From NCBI GenBank assembly GCA_963816535.1, contig CAWFKW010000007.1:85675-149674 (forward strand): 64,000 nt of DNA, in the 5' to 3' direction. The number at the start of each line of letters is the position of its first letter. Position 1 is the first letter of the stretch. The notes under the pieces were generated by a model. It searched no databases. It was not told where the DNA came from and worked only from the letters and a program-made list of their open reading frames with translations. The translations under genes and the position numbers were made by a program. The stretch is from an uncultured Ignavibacteria bacterium. GTDB lineage: Bacteria; Bacteroidota; Ignavibacteria; Tepidaquicellales; OLB5. Positions 55,183-64,000 of the stretch are shown piece by piece.

Positions 55183-56958
55183 ATGAAAAGAGTATTTCTA
55201 ATTATTTCCGCGTTTTCTCCCATCATTTTCATTTCCGTATCTCTGATTTTGCCGGCAAAAAATCAAAATACCCTCGAAGAAAGCTCACATCAAATGCGGA
55301 ATCAAATTATCTTTCAGCAAGAAATTACGCCTAAAATACAGCAAAAAATACATTCTATGACCTTGAGGGAAAAAATTGCTCAAATGGTAGTATCGAGTGT
55401 TATACCTGATAATCTCAGCGAAAATTCATCAGACTTCAGGAAGTTCAGTAAACTCTGCACTGAAACTAAGATTGGCGGATTTATTTTTTTTAAAGGAAGC
55501 GCTTCAGATTATGCAAGAATATCAAACGAACTTCAGCGATTATCTGAAACCCCTCTGTTAATTTCGGCTGACTTTGAAAGAGGCACCGGCATGCGCGTCA
55601 CCGACGGAGTTCTTTTTCCGAACAACATGGCTATAGGAGCAACCCGGAATTATGAACTGGCATATAAAATGGGCTTTGAGATCGCACGCGAATCCAGGAC
55701 GCTCGGTATCGAACAGGACTATGCCCCCGTATGCGACGTTAACAATAACCCCGGGAACCCCATTATCAATGTCAGGTCTTTCGGCGAAGACCCGGAACTT
55801 GTTTCAGGAATGTCTGAGAATGAGATAAAGGGCTTACAGGACGGGAAAGTGATAGCGACAGCTAAACATTTCCCCGGACACGGCGATACAGACATTGATT
55901 CACATAAAGACCTTCCTGTTTTGAATTTTGATATGGACCGCCTGAACAGAATTGAGCTTGTCCCGTTTAGGAATGCAATAAGCAAAAATGTGATGTCAGT
56001 TATGATAGCGCACTTATGGTTCCCTGAACTGGAATCATCCGAGCACATCCCCGCTTCTCTCTCGGGAAATATTGTTAACGGCCTGCTGATAGATAAGCTT
56101 GGCTTTAACGGCCTTGTTGTAACAGACGCGCTTAATATGAAAGGAATTACAAAGTACTTTTCTACATCAGAAGTAGCTTTGATGTGCGTTAACGCAGGTA
56201 TTGACCTGATTTTAATGCCAATGGACGAGGAAACAACTATAAATGCGATTGAAGAAGCTGTGAGAAGCGGAAGCATAAGCGAAGAAAGAATAAATAAGTC
56301 GGTCGAGAAAATTCTGAAGGCAAAAGAGTGGGCCGGCCTTTTTGAAAATAAAACTGTGAAGGAAGAAGATGTTTATAAATTCATTCATACTGAAGGAGCT
56401 GAAGAACTTAGCCGGCAAATTGCCGATCAATCAGTAACCCTTGTTAAAGATGATAACAACATTATTCCTATCAAAGGCCATGTAAGCAAGACGCTTGTGA
56501 TAAACCTAAGCGACGGATCGGACAACATTAATTCCGGATATTTTTCGGCCGGGGCGTCGAGCACATTCAACGGTGCGGATGTGATAAATATCAATTCCGA
56601 TAAAATAAGCGACGCTGAAAGCTCAGAAATATCCTCAGCCGTGGATTATGATCTGGTCTTGATCGGTATATTTGCAAAGGTCAAATACGGAACAGGGAAA
56701 ATTTCAATCCCCTCTTCGCAAATCGACTTATTGAATTCCGTAACCTCAAAGAACAGGAATACTGTCGTTATCTCATTCGGCAATCCTTATCTGCTGAAAG
56801 ATTTTCAGGGGATACCGAATTATATATGCGCTTACGGCGACGCAGATGTTTCAATAGATGCAGTTCTAAAGGCGCTTTCCGGAAAGATAAAAATAAACGG
56901 CAAGCTGCCGGTTACAATAAGCGATGCCTATCCGTACGGGACAGGCATAAGCAGATAG
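55183..56958 (+). CDS. Glycoside hydrolase family 3 protein (beta-N-acetylhexosaminidase/NagZ-like with C-terminal domain)
   Basis: The ORF track starts at 55069. The ATG at 55183 gives a signal-anchor MKRVFLIISAFSPIIFISV. GH3 motifs KHFPGHGDTDIDSH and GLVVTDALNM. Confidence 0.88.
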   Translation: MKRVFLIISAFSPIIFISVSLILPAKNQNTLEESSHQMRNQIIFQQEITPKIQQKIHSMTLREKIAQMVVSSVIPDNLSENSSDFRKFSKLCTETKIGGFIFFKGSASDYARISNELQRLSETPLLISADFERGTGMRVTDGVLFPNNMAIGATRNYELAYKMGFEIARESRTLGIEQDYAPVCDVNNNPGNPIINVRSFGEDPELVSGMSENEIKGLQDGKVIATAKHFPGHGDTDIDSHKDLPVLNFDMDRLNRIELVPFRNAISKNVMSVMIAHLWFPELESSEHIPASLSGNIVNGLLIDKLGFNGLVVTDALNMKGITKYFSTSEVALMCVNAGIDLILMPMDEETTINAIEEAVRSGSISEERINKSVEKILKAKEWAGLFENKTVKEEDVYKFIHTEGAEELSRQIADQSVTLVKDDNNIIPIKGHVSKTLVINLSDGSDNINSGYFSAGASSTFNGADVININSDKISDAESSEISSAVDYDLVLIGIFAKVKYGTGKISIPSSQIDLLNSVTSKNRNTVVISFGNPYLLKDFQGIPNYICAYGDADVSIDAVLKALSGKIKINGKLPVTISDAYPYGTGISR

Positions 56959-57059
56959 ACAGCCTAAAAACGGACCTTTGGTGATTGTCATTGCAGAAGA
57001 TTTCTGATATATTTGTACTCGGGAAAATCACAAAATAAACAACACGAAAGGACATCCAA

Positions 57060-57767
57060 ATGAATTTTGATTACAGGAAAATATTGACAAAGAAACGGAC
57101 AATTACTGTTTATGTCTCTGTTTTTGTCTTATTCGCTTTGTATTTATCGGGGTGCGTAAATTACGATCAAAAAACTACCTTAAAGGCAGACGGATCTGGT
57201 TCGATGTCGATCCATTACTGGACCAAAATGAGCAATCTATCGATGGGCACGTCGCTTGGGAAATTTGAATTCAACGAGCTCAAAGCAAAAGACAACTACG
57301 TTAGCGCCAACACAACGGTTAAGAGCATAAAAGTTGAAGACAGGCCGAGTGAAGACAGCACAAAACATGTAATGGTCGAACTTGATTTTAAGGACATTAA
57401 CAAATTACCCGACGCTAAAGGGTTCACTGAGGTCAGGCCCTCGTGGAAAGAAGTTGCAGACGGTATGGAACTGAAGTATACATTACTTAAAGACTCGGCC
57501 GCTGCAAATAATATGGGCGCAAGCGATTACAAAGTCACATACAGCTTCGAAATGCCCAGCGAAATTGTGTCCACAAACGGCAAAAAGGACGGGCAGAAGG
57601 TATCGTGGGAATATAAAGTATCCGACCTCGGGAAAGATATCGATATGACCTGCGTTGTAAAAAAACCAAAGGGAAAGCTGTGCGGATTATTTGGCATAGT
57701 TTTGGGAACGGCAGTTATTGGGTTTGCCTTTTCCATACAGAAGAAAGCGAAAGGACCGGGGGTTTAA
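57060..57767 (+). CDS. Hypothetical lipoprotein with C-terminal TM anchor
   Basis: 235 aa. Lipobox-like LYLSGC. C-terminal helix LCGLFGIVLGTAVIGFAFSI. Confidence 0.6.
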   Translation: MNFDYRKILTKKRTITVYVSVFVLFALYLSGCVNYDQKTTLKADGSGSMSIHYWTKMSNLSMGTSLGKFEFNELKAKDNYVSANTTVKSIKVEDRPSEDSTKHVMVELDFKDINKLPDAKGFTEVRPSWKEVADGMELKYTLLKDSAAANNMGASDYKVTYSFEMPSEIVSTNGKKDGQKVSWEYKVSDLGKDIDMTCVVKKPKGKLCGLFGIVLGTAVIGFAFSIQKKAKGPGV

Positions 57768-57789
57768 AAAAGCAATAAATTTTAAGCTG

Positions 57790-57828
57790 AAAAAGGCTCT
57801 CCGTATTGATGCACTGAGAGCCTTTTTA
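57790..57828. terminator. Bidirectional intrinsic terminator between convergent genes
   Basis: AAAAA-ggctctc...gagagcc-TTTTT. Stem 57794-57801 pairs with 57816-57823. Confidence 0.8.
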
Positions 57829-57867
57829 ACATTGTAGGATGAACAGACTATTATTTTTGCAAAGAGC

Positions 57868-58986
57868 TCAGGCGCTTTTAAATTTTATCAGCGCTTCTGC
57901 GCCCGGATTGTTCCTGTATTCGACTTCTCCGTTCAGCTGTCTTGTCAAAGTATCGACAAGCATTATTCCAAGCGAATTTTTTGATTTTTGACTGAAGAAA
58001 CTATCAGGGAAACCGACTCCGTTATCCTTTACATATAAAGAGTAATCTCCGGATTTATTAACTATCTTAATGTGGACTTCAGGTTTCATCGAATCGTCGA
58101 ATCCGTGTTTGAAACTATTCGATACAAGCTCCGTTATAATAAGCGAACATGGTATGGCCATATCCACACCCAGCTTAATGTTATCCGATTCAATTTTGAA
58201 TTTAACCAGCCGTGTCCGCCCGCTGTATGCGTCAACCAGGCTGACAACAAGCTTTTTAATATAGTCGCCAAAATCAATATTGGCAAGGTCATCTGACATG
58301 TATAAACTCTCATGGATCATCGACATCGAGCGTACTCTGTTTTCAGATTCCAGTAAAATATCTCTCAGATTTTGGTCTTTAATAACGCCCTGCTGGAGCC
58401 TGAGCAGGCTAGAAATTATCTGGAAGTTGTTTTTCACCCTGTGATGAATTTCTTTGATCAGAACTTCTTTATCTTTCAGGGCCCTGGCAAGGTCTTCGTT
58501 AGCGTTCTTTTTATCGGTTATGTCATCATCAAGTTCCATTGTTATGTCCGAATCTTTTCCGCGCCCTCTCACAAGGCAGGTGTTGTACCACCTGTACTCA
58601 TCGCTCAAAACGCTTTTCATTCTCACTTCCCTGCTGAAAAAATGTCCTTTTTTAAGTTCATCCTTGATCATTTTCGTATTCTTAAGACAATAATCATAAT
58701 CATCAGGATGGACCAGAAAATGTTTTTCATTTCTGATAGCCTCGCGCAGCTTTAGGATATTGCCGGACGGAACCCCTACAGATTTATAGTAAGCCGGATT
58801 GGCATAAATGATTGCGCCCTTTTTCCAGATCGAAACGTTTGTTGGAATTGATTCAAGAAGGTTCCAAATGAGGCTATCGGGAACCTGGGGAAGGAATCCC
58901 CCGAATTCGTTTATAACATTTATCCCTGACATTTCGTCACGGAATAAAAACTGTATTTCAAAAGGGTTTTGTGTATTATTTTTCAT
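57868..58986 (-). CDS. PAS-domain sensor histidine kinase (HisKA_2/HWE-like H-box)
   Basis: 372 aa. H-box EIHHRVKNNFQIISSLLRLQ. HATPase_c motifs ELVSNSFKHGF, DNGVGFP, GIMLV. No receiver or response-regulator gene is adjacent. Confidence 0.88.
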   Translation of the reverse strand: MKNNTQNPFEIQFLFRDEMSGINVINEFGGFLPQVPDSLIWNLLESIPTNVSIWKKGAIIYANPAYYKSVGVPSGNILKLREAIRNEKHFLVHPDDYDYCLKNTKMIKDELKKGHFFSREVRMKSVLSDEYRWYNTCLVRGRGKDSDITMELDDDITDKKNANEDLARALKDKEVLIKEIHHRVKNNFQIISSLLRLQQGVIKDQNLRDILLESENRVRSMSMIHESLYMSDDLANIDFGDYIKKLVVSLVDAYSGRTRLVKFKIESDNIKLGVDMAIPCSLIITELVSNSFKHGFDDSMKPEVHIKIVNKSGDYSLYVKDNGVGFPDSFFSQKSKNSLGIMLVDTLTRQLNGEVEYRNNPGAEALIKFKSA

Positions 58987-59302
58987 AATGCACCTTTTAA
59001 GTTCGATACAATATAATCAATCATAAAGTGATAAACTTCACGTAAAACGGTGAAAAATCACCATTTACATTAGTTCATTATTCACAGCATTTTGTAAACG
59101 AAATTATGCAGTATTTTGAAAATTTTTCCTAACGGCTCTTAATAATACTGGCGCAGAGTATCTAACTATTAAATTTCATTGAGACTTAAATCACTTATCG
59201 GTATATTTGTTAATTAATTTGCAATTTCAAAACACAAATGACGGTTTGCATTTGCATTAGCGCTTAAAAATAAACCGGTATTTGACACAACTTCTCTAAG
59301 AT

Positions 59303-60523
59303 TTGCATTCAAAACTCAAAATATTACTTTTTTCACTGTTGGCGTTTCATGTATCGTTTTCACAAGGAAAAAAGTATGACTTCTCTTCCGTAGATAAAAT
59401 TATTGATGCTGCTATCGCAGCTCATGACTTCCCTTCAGCAGAGCTGGTCGTAGGAAATGCAACTGAAATACTATACCAGAATGCGTACGGCAGGCTCACC
59501 TACGATGACGACGCTAAGCCCACAACGATGAAAACAATCTACGATCTTGCATCCGTTACGAAAGTGATCGCTTCTACGTCCGCCATTATGAGGCTATACG
59601 AAGACGGCAAACTTGACCTTGACGCTCCCGTCGCAAAATATATTCCTGAATTTGCGGTAAACGGGAAAGGCGACATAACGGTCACTAACCTGCTTCTTCA
59701 TAATTCGGGACTAACGGCATGGACTCCGTTCTACCAGACTATGTCCACAGCGCAGGAAGTGAAAAACGCAGTGTTCAACTGTACAAAGGAATATCCTACC
59801 GGCACCCGGACATTGTACAGCGATTATAATGCTTTTTTGCTAGGAGAGATCGTTGAGAGGATCGGCGGCGAGAAACTTGATAAGTTCTGCAAAGAAAATA
59901 TCTTTGACCCGCTTGGAATGACGGACACCGATTTTTTAATTCCGCTATCTGAAGACTACAGGATAGCGCCGACGGAATATGATACATACTGGCGCAACGA
60001 GCTCCTTATCGGTTACGTGCATGATGAGATGGCGGCTTTGCTTGAGGGAGTATCAGGTAACGCGGGGTTGTTTTCAACGGCGCCTGACCTGTACAAGTTT
60101 ATGCAAATGATGCTCAACAGGGGCAGGTATCCGGACCTGAGAAAGATGTCAAAAACGGTAACCTACGATACAATGTACAAAGAACAGACCGTTGACATGT
60201 TCACTACTAAAGTCACGGGGCTGGGTTATGAAAACACAAGGGCGCTTGGGTGGGAAACAAAGCCCGAACCTACAAAATATCCGCCGCTTTGCGGCGATAA
60301 ATTTTCTACAAACAGTTTTGGACACACAGGCTATACTGGAACCAGCGTATGGTGTGATAAAGACAAAAACCTGATTGTGATCTTTCTTACAAACAGGGTT
60401 TATCCCAAACGCGGCAATGAAGAGATAAGGTATGTAAGACCAAAGGTCCATGGCGAACGTATGCAGGATACTGGGCTATTGATTTTGAAACAACATATAA
60501 TTAATCATAATTTATACAAATAA
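59303..60523 (+). CDS. Serine hydrolase, beta-lactamase/PBP4* family
   Basis: 406 aa with a TTG start and a signal peptide. SxxK motif ASVTK, YxN motif YSDYN, and a KTG-like GHTG. Confidence 0.85.
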   Translation: MHSKLKILLFSLLAFHVSFSQGKKYDFSSVDKIIDAAIAAHDFPSAELVVGNATEILYQNAYGRLTYDDDAKPTTMKTIYDLASVTKVIASTSAIMRLYEDGKLDLDAPVAKYIPEFAVNGKGDITVTNLLLHNSGLTAWTPFYQTMSTAQEVKNAVFNCTKEYPTGTRTLYSDYNAFLLGEIVERIGGEKLDKFCKENIFDPLGMTDTDFLIPLSEDYRIAPTEYDTYWRNELLIGYVHDEMAALLEGVSGNAGLFSTAPDLYKFMQMMLNRGRYPDLRKMSKTVTYDTMYKEQTVDMFTTKVTGLGYENTRALGWETKPEPTKYPPLCGDKFSTNSFGHTGYTGTSVWCDKDKNLIVIFLTNRVYPKRGNEEIRYVRPKVHGERMQDTGLLILKQHIINHNLYK

Positions 60524-60538
60524 TACTGTTAAAAGCAT

Positions 60539-62085
60539 ATGAAGGCATTTAAGAACGAACCGCTGACCGATTTTTCGAATAGAAGAACGCTGCGAAATTT
60601 AAACTGGCTTTGGATAAAGTGCAGTCAGAATTAAACAGAGAATATCCTGTCATAATCGGCGGCGAGAGAAAATATTTACAGAAGATAAAATAAATTCTCT
60701 TAACCCGTCTAACATAAACGAGACTGTTGGAAAGGTTTCAAAAGCGACCCCTGAAATGGCAGAGAGGGCCGTCCTTACGGCTAATGAAATTTTTGAATCA
60801 TGGAAAAGGGTTTCGGAAAAAAAGAGAGCAAATTTTCTTTTGAAAGCGGCGAAACTGATGAGGAAAAGAAAGTTTGAATTTGCGGCATGGATGGTTTATG
60901 AAGTCGGCAAGAATTGGGCAGAAGCGGACGGCGACGTTGCAGAGGCTATCGACTTCATGGAATTTTACGCAAGGGAAGCTCTAAGATATTCCAAAGGCCG
61001 CAAACTGGTTAAGGTAAAGGGCGAGGATAACTACCAGGAATATATACCGCTCGGCGTCGGCATAGTTATTCCTCCGTGGAACTTCCCGCTGGCTATTATG
61101 TGGTATGGCTCCAGCTTCATTTGTAAGCGGAAACACAGTTGTACTTAAGCCCTCCAGCGATTCTCCTGTAATTGCCTATAAATTCATGGAACTTCTTGAA
61201 GAGATCGGTCTTCCCGCCGGCGTTGTGAATTTCCTGCCGGGCTCGGGCGGACTTATCGGCGACATATTAACTGAGCACCCGCTAACAAGATACGTATCGT
61301 TCACAGGCTCAAAAGAAGTTGGATTAAGATAACAAGCTTAGGCAAAATACAGGCCCGGACAGAAATGGATTAAACGCGTTGTTGCCGAAATGGGAGGGAA
61401 AAGTTATAGTAATTAATAATGAACTAAAGTCGATTGAGGAAGCTGCCTCAGGCGTTATCGCATCCGCATTTGGATTCCAGGGGCAAAAATGCTCAGCGTG
61501 TTCAAGGGTAATAGTCTCGGAGAAAATATATGATAATTTCTTAGACCTGCTTGTGGATAAGGCGTCATCGCTGAAGATCGGGGAAACAAAAGACAATCCG
61601 AACATGGGGCCCGTTGTAAACGCCCGCGCCCGGGAGAGCATTTTGAACTACGTCAGAAAAGCGGTTGAAGAAGGCGGACAAGTTGTTTTTGGAGGCAAAA
61701 ATCAGAAGGGAACGGGTATTATATCAAGCCGACGATCATCGCCGACGTGAAACCAATGGATACAATATCACAGCAGGAAATCTTCGGGCCGGTTCTTGCC
61801 GTCATTAAGGCTAACGATTTTGAAGAAGGTTTGCAGATAGCCAACAACACTGAATACGGACTAACAGGTTCGGCATATTCAAAGAACAAAAAGAAACTGA
61901 AGAAAGCGGCAAAGGAGTTCTTTGTCGGGAACCTGTACCTTAACCGAAAATGCACAGGGCGACTGTTTGCGGTCCAGCCTTTTGGCGGGTTCAATATGAG
62001 CGGCACGTGTTCAAAGGCGGGCGGGTTCGATTACCTGCTCCTCTTCATGCAAACAAAAGTGGTTGCAGAGAAAATATACAAATAA
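60539..62085 (+). pseudogene. pruA: L-glutamate gamma-semialdehyde (1-pyrroline-5-carboxylate) dehydrogenase, multiply frameshifted
   Basis: Aldehyde-dehydrogenase sequence can be read only by hopping frames: MKAFKNEPLTDFSN | KNAAKFKLALDKVQSELNREYPVIIGGE | EDKINSLNPSNINETVGKV...[10 protein letters not shown] | [17 protein letters not shown]...GSKEVGLR | ...PGQKWIKRVVAEMGGK | VIVINNELKS...FGFQGQKCSACSR... | [11 protein letters not shown]...[12 protein letters not shown]. At least 5 and probably 7 single-nucleotide indels. Confidence 0.85.
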
Positions 62086-62120
62086 TTGCCGGACTGCATT
62101 AGCTGCCGGATGATACAGTG

Positions 62121-63330
62121 ATGGATAAAGATTACGATGTTGTTATAGGAGGAGCCGCTGGGATGAGTGGGCCTTGCTACAGGATTTATGATCCTTCAAA
62201 AAAGGCCAAAGACACGCCTGCTGATACTGGATAAAGAAAACGGAGTGGCACGGCACCAGACGGGCCATAACAGCGGAGTAATTCATTCGGGAATTTATTA
62301 TAAACCAGGAAGCCTGAAAGCAAAAAATTGCATAACGGGCTATAAACGGCTCATAGAGTTCTGCAAAAAGAAAATGTGCCGTTTGAAATATGCGGCAAAG
62401 TTATTGTTGCAACGTCGGAAAGGAATTCGCGGGGCTTGACGCGCTCTACGAAAAAGGAATCGCTAACGGACTGGACAGGATAAGAAAGATCGGAAAAGAA
62501 GAACTGAAAGAAATTGAACCGTACGCAAACGGTATGAGGGCGATACACGTGCCCTATACAGGTATTGTTGATTACAAAGTTGTGAGCGGAAAGTTAGCTT
62601 CATTGATAACAGCCGCTGGGGGCGAATTGAAATTTGATGAAAAGATAAGGAAGATCAGGACGTCATCGGCAGGAATCTGCATCGAAACCTACGGAAGTTC
62701 TTTTTCGGCAAAAAATTTTATTAATTGCTGCGGACTTCAGTCTGATGAGGTGGCAAAAATCAGGCGGGAGACAGTCTCGGCACGCGAATAATCCCGTTCA
62801 GAGGAGAGTATTACACTATCAGGAAAGAAAAAAGATACCTCCTTAAGAATCTCATTTACCCGGTTCCGGATCCTGCATTCCCGTTCCTTGGCGTTCATTT
62901 TACGAGAATGCTGGACGGAGAAGCTGAAGCGGGCCCTAACGCCGTTCTGGCTTTCAAAAAAGAGGGCTATTCGAAAACGAGCTTTAGTATCGGCGATACA
63001 TATAAAACGTTCACATGGGGCGGGTTTTACAGAATCGCGGGAAAATATATGAGCACGGGGCTTGGCGAATTCTACCGCTCGTTCAGGAAAAAAGCTTTTG
63101 TAAAAGCGCTGCAAAGACTTATGCCTGAGATAACCGCGGAAGACCTTATACCCGGCGGTTCCGGAGTGAGGGCGCAGGCAATTGATAATAACGGCAGGGC
63201 GGTTGATAATTTCATAATCAGCGAAAAGGGAAACATCGTAAACGTGCTTAACGCGCCTTCGCCTGCGGCAACTTCATCGCTTTCGATCGGAGATACAATT
63301 TCAGAAAAAATAATTAACAGGCTTAATTAG
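62121..63330 (+). pseudogene. lhgO: L-2-hydroxyglutarate oxidase (FAD-dependent), multiply frameshifted
   Basis: MDKDYDVVIGG.. | [44 protein letters not shown].. | ..VATSEKEF..IEPYANGMRAIHVPYTGIVDY.. | IIPFRGEYYTIRK...GVHFTRMLDGEAEAGPNAVLAF...NAPSPAATSSL. Three frame changes (near 62150, 62390 and 62780). Confidence 0.8.
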
Positions 63331-63361
63331 CCGGTTTTCTTTAAATTTAATAATCTAAAAG

Positions 63362-64000
63362 ATGAGCATCAAATGGTTAGCCAGCATAACTTTAATTTCG
63401 CTTCTTATCATCTACGGATGCGGAAAAAAATCAGGACAGGAAACTACTAAGACCGATGAAAACAAGCAGAACACTCAGCAGACCGAGAAAGTAAACCAGG
63501 ATTCCATCAATAAGCAGCAGGAAGCGGATAAACAGCAGAAAATAAAAGAAGCGATGGAAGAAGAAAGAATTGTCAACGACACTCTGGGCCAATGGGCAAC
63601 AAGCGCTGATGTAAGCTCTACTTACGGCGACAAGAAAGCGACCGATAAAACAAACGGCCCATACACAAAATTCCAGCTTCTGGGAAAGCCGGATGTTGAG
63701 CGCTATGCAGACGATTCAAGAGCATGGGCGCCGAAGGAAGCCGATAAGGGAATAGAATGGGTGCAGGTTGGGTTTGATAAACCGGTAAATGCAACTGAAG
63801 TAAGAGTCAGGAAAATATTCAGCCGGGCGCTATCATCAAGATAGAGCTTATCGATACCGACGGGAAAAGCCATACTGTTTGGGAAGGGCCTGATAAAACA
63901 AAGTACGAACCGGAAAAAATTCAGTATCTTATCGCCAAATTTGATAAGACCGCATATAAAACCAAGAGCGTGAAAATCACGCTGGCAACAAATGCAGTTC
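63362..64000 (+). pseudogene. Lipoprotein of unknown function, one frameshift, 3' end outside window
   Basis: MSIKWLASITLISLLIIYGC (lipobox). The frame breaks near 63805-63812. Coding clearly continues in the next frame (ENIQPGAIIKIELIDTDGKSHTVWEGPDKTKYEPEKIQYLIAKFDK...) to the window edge. Confidence 0.7.

Noticed and set aside
60539-62085. Programmed ribosomal frameshifting as an explanation for the broken pruA
   Set aside because: There are five or more shifts in both directions and no slippery-site/structure pairs. Two neighbouring unrelated genes are also affected, which is incompatible with programmed recoding.

Overview
This 64-kb chromosomal segment most likely comes from the FCB superphylum, Ignavibacteria/Bacteroidota-like. 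The taxonomy is an inference from three observations. Four full-length proteins and one decayed fragment end in a T9SS C-terminal sorting domain (..[18 protein letters not shown](I/V)L(T/V)K). A bS22-type 31-aa ribosomal protein gene is present. Many genes carry strong AAAGGAG Shine-Dalgarno sites.

About 55 protein genes are supported, mostly on the minus strand.
- Housekeeping genes: nuoB (partial), acs, guaB, secA, cydAB, sppA, HU, ogt, a GH3 hydrolase, and a HisKA_2 sensor kinase.
- Accessory genes: egtB and egtD (ergothioneine biosynthesis), sitting ~5 kb apart and next to an OpuC-type fused SBP-permease ABC transporter; a RelE/YafQ-type toxin-antitoxin pair; beta-propeller/FG-GAP/SBBP T9SS cargo proteins; tandem glycine-zipper lipoproteins.
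- I found no rRNA, complete tRNA, CRISPR array, transposase or integrase.

The best candidate for an undescribed system is an AT-rich island at ~35.7-40.1 kb, between guaB and a lipoprotein gene.
- It carries a 1020-aa fusion of an N-terminal PHP phosphoesterase domain with a Rad50/SMC-like ABC ATPase interrupted by a long coiled coil.
- A 211-aa membrane-anchored protein of unknown family starts 4 nt after that gene's stop.
- A DUF559 (Vsr-like) endonuclease gene lies just upstream, behind its own terminator.
- The architecture resembles the single-gene Ppl (PHP+ATPase) defence candidates as I remember them. The coupled membrane partner is not something I can assign to a known system.

The second lead is a three-member paralogous family of ~480-aa all-helical cytoplasmic proteins (8659, 14093, 26652).
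- Each copy is divergently paired with a secreted or outer-membrane protein gene.
- Each copy has 9-10-bp perfect long-range inverted repeats at a similar distance (about 160-290 nt) upstream of its start codon.

Other points:
- Intergenic DNA holds several families of GC-rich hairpin repeats and word-stutter tandem repeats.
- The last 3.5 kb (pruA, lhgO and a lipoprotein gene) contains at least 10 single-nucleotide frameshifts. I saw none in the intact genes across the preceding 60 kb, so a local sequence-quality problem is more likely than gene decay.

All family assignments come from motif recognition by eye. No database search was run.
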